Source of the DNA: the human T2T-CHM13v2.0 reference genome, Homo sapiens
Direction: 5' to 3' (one strand)
Assembly (NCBI RefSeq): GCF_009914755.1
Contig: NC_060925.1
Length of the DNA stretch: 64,000 bases
Position numbers and translations under genes: made by a program. The notes beneath the pieces are model-generated. The model did no database searches, was not told the origin of the DNA, and was given only the letters and a program-made list of their open reading frames with translations. Shown here piece by piece: positions 62,401 to 64,000 of the stretch (position 1 is its first letter; every line of letters begins with the position of its first letter).

Positions 62401-64000
62401 ACAGCCTGGAGCAGCACCCACACCCCCAGGTGCGCATCTGATGGTCTGGAGCAGCACCCACAACCACAGGTGAGCCTCTGACAGCCTGGAACAGCACCCT
62501 GCACCCCCAGGAGAGCATCTGACAGCCTGGAACAGCGCGCACACCCCCAGGTGAGGATCTGACCGCCTGGAACAGCACCCACACCCCCAGGCGAGCATCT
62601 GACAGCATGTAACAGCACCCATACCCCCAGGTGAGCATCTGACAGCCTGGAACAGCACCCTGCACCCCCAGGTGCGCACGTGACAGCGTGGAACAGCACT
62701 CACACACCCAGGTGAGCATCTGACAGCCTGGAGCAGCACCCACATCCCCAGGTGAGCATCTGACAGCCTGGAACAGCACCCTGCACCCCCAGGTGAGCAT
62801 CGGACACCCTGGAACAGGACACACACCCCCAGGCGAGCATCTGACACCCTGGAACAGCACACACACCCCCAGGCGAGCATCTGACAACCTGGAACAGCAC
62901 CCATACGCCCAGATGAGCATCTGACAGCGTGGAACAGCACCCTGCACCCCCAGGAGAGCATCTGACAGCCTGGAACAGCACCCATAAGCCCAGATGAGCA
63001 TCTGACAGCCTGGAACAGCTCCCTGCACCCCCAGGTGCGCACATGACAGCCTGGAACAGCACCCACACACCCAGGCGAGCATCTGATGGCCTGGAAACGC
63101 ACCCACACACCCAGGTGAGCATCCGACATCCTGAAACAGCTCCCATACGCCCAGGTGAGCATCCCACATCCTGAAACAGCTCCCACACCCCCTGGTGAGC
63201 ATCCGACAGCCTGGAGCAGCACCCATACCCCCAGGTGAGCATCTGACCGCATGGAATGGCATCCTCACCTCCAGGTGAGCATCCGACAGCCTGTAGCAGC
63301 ACCCACACCCCCAGGTGAGCATCTGACAGCCTGGAACAGCAACCACACCCCCAGGCGAGCAGCTGACAGCCTGGAACATCACCCACACCCCCAGGTGAGC
63401 ATCTTATATCCTGGAACAGCACCCACACCCCCAGGTGAGCCTCTGACAGCCTGGAGCAGCACGCACACCCCCAGTTGAGCATCTGACAGCCTGGAACAGC
63501 ACCCACACCCCCAGGTGAACATCCGACAGCCTGGAGCAGAACCCACACCCCCAGGTGAGCATCTGACAGACTGGAACAGCACCCACACGCCCAGGTGAGC
63601 CTCTGACAGCCTAGAACAGCACCCACACCCCCAGGTGAACATCCGATAGCCTGGAGCAGAACCCACACCCCCAGGTGAGCATCTGACAGACTGGAACAGC
63701 ACCCACACGCCCAGCTGAGCCTCTGACAGCCTAGAACAGCACCCACACCCCCAGGCAGCATCTGACAGCCTGGAGCAGCACCCACACCCCAGGTGAGCAT
63801 CTGACAGCCTGGAAAAGCACCCTGCATCCCCAGGTGAGCATCCGACTGCCTGGAGCAGCACCCACACCCCGAGGCGAGCATCTGATAGCCTGGAACAGCA
63901 CCAAAACCCCCAGGTGAGCACCTGATGGTCTGGAGCATCACCCACAACCACAGGGGAGCATCGGAGAGTCTGTAGCAGCGCCCACACCCCCAGGCGAGCA
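53438..64000 (+). repeat. Divergent mosaic monomeric domain (right flank)
   Basis: The HOR landmarks are absent. Blocks are collinear with left-flank segments (e.g. AGAATGCACGG at 15381 and 54654). Confidence 0.8.
60450..62920 (+). repeat. ~0.7-kb block duplicated at 1,688-bp offset (60450-61150 / 62140-62920)
   Basis: CACCTTCCGGCGAGC at 60693 and 62381. ORF pairs 60485/62173 and 60597/62285 have the same offset. Confidence 0.8.

Larger units (their letters stand above)
1..64000 (+). repeat. D1Z2: 40-bp GC-rich tandem satellite (midisatellite), ~1,600 head-to-tail monomers; most likely human 1p36.3 D1Z2 or a close primate orthologue
   Basis: Seen: every line is a variant of CCAGGTGAGCATCTGACAGCCTGGARCAGCACCCACACCC, all in one orientation. 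The consensus has 16 C, 11 A, 9 G and 4 T (~62% GC). Monomers are mostly 40 bp, with frequent 41-bp (ACCCTGCACC, ACCCCACACC) and 39-bp variants. The array runs off both window ends. The repeat call is near-certain. The D1Z2 identity is recalled knowledge of the 40-bp 1p36.3 midisatellite and was not verified by a search; the confidence reflects that identity. Confidence 0.85.

Noticed and set aside
3910-63478. Short + strand ORFs (62-94 aa)
   Set aside because: These are chance runs where variant monomers remove the consensus TGA codons. They are pure repeat translation.
295-63987. Many long minus-strand ORFs (up to 2,047 aa) resembling Cys-rich, keratin-associated or metallothionein-like proteins
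   Set aside because: All three frames are open at once and overlap. Indels of 1 bp are tolerated everywhere, and there is no unique domain or codon-position pattern. The stop-free 40-bp monomer explains them fully.
1-64000. CRISPR-like array (palindromic conserved part plus variable part)
   Set aside because: There are no unique spacers: the variable positions are point variants of one consensus that recur many times. There are no cas genes or leader, and the total period is only 40 bp.
1-64000. Chi-like recombination signal
   Set aside because: GCTGGTGG is not in the consensus on either strand. Only sporadic near-matches occur (CCTGGTGG from CCACCAGG variants), and Chi is a bacterial RecBCD signal.
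1-64000. Embedded transposon, unique island, RNA gene or inversion
   Set aside because: Reading through the window, I found no stretch departing from the monomer register by more than a few bases, no poly(A) or TSD, and no reverse-orientation monomers.

Overview
All 64 kb is one uninterrupted, single-orientation tandem array of a GC-rich ~40-bp monomer, about 1,600 copies. The + strand consensus is CCAGGTGAGCATCTGACAGCCTGGA(A/G)CAGCACCCACACCC. I saw no unique sequence, transposon insertion, inversion, RNA gene or credible protein gene. From recall (no search run), the monomer matches the human 1p36.3 'midisatellite' D1Z2, the large 40-bp repeat in the TTC34 region. The long minus-strand ORFs are a by-product of the repeat: the minus consensus has no stop codon, and a 40-nt period cycles through all three frames. 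The informative signal is the internal architecture. Divergent mosaic flanks (1-~23.3 kb and ~53.4-64 kb) enclose a ~30-kb homogeneous higher-order repeat (HOR) with a 5,178-bp full unit. That unit is built from three older ~1.5-2.1-kb sub-blocks. It shows monomer-quantised deletions, a recent 5,128-bp duplication, short gene-conversion tracts and a breakpoint reused at one HOR register. I found no evidence of a new gene system; the findings concern satellite structure, evolution and motif content.
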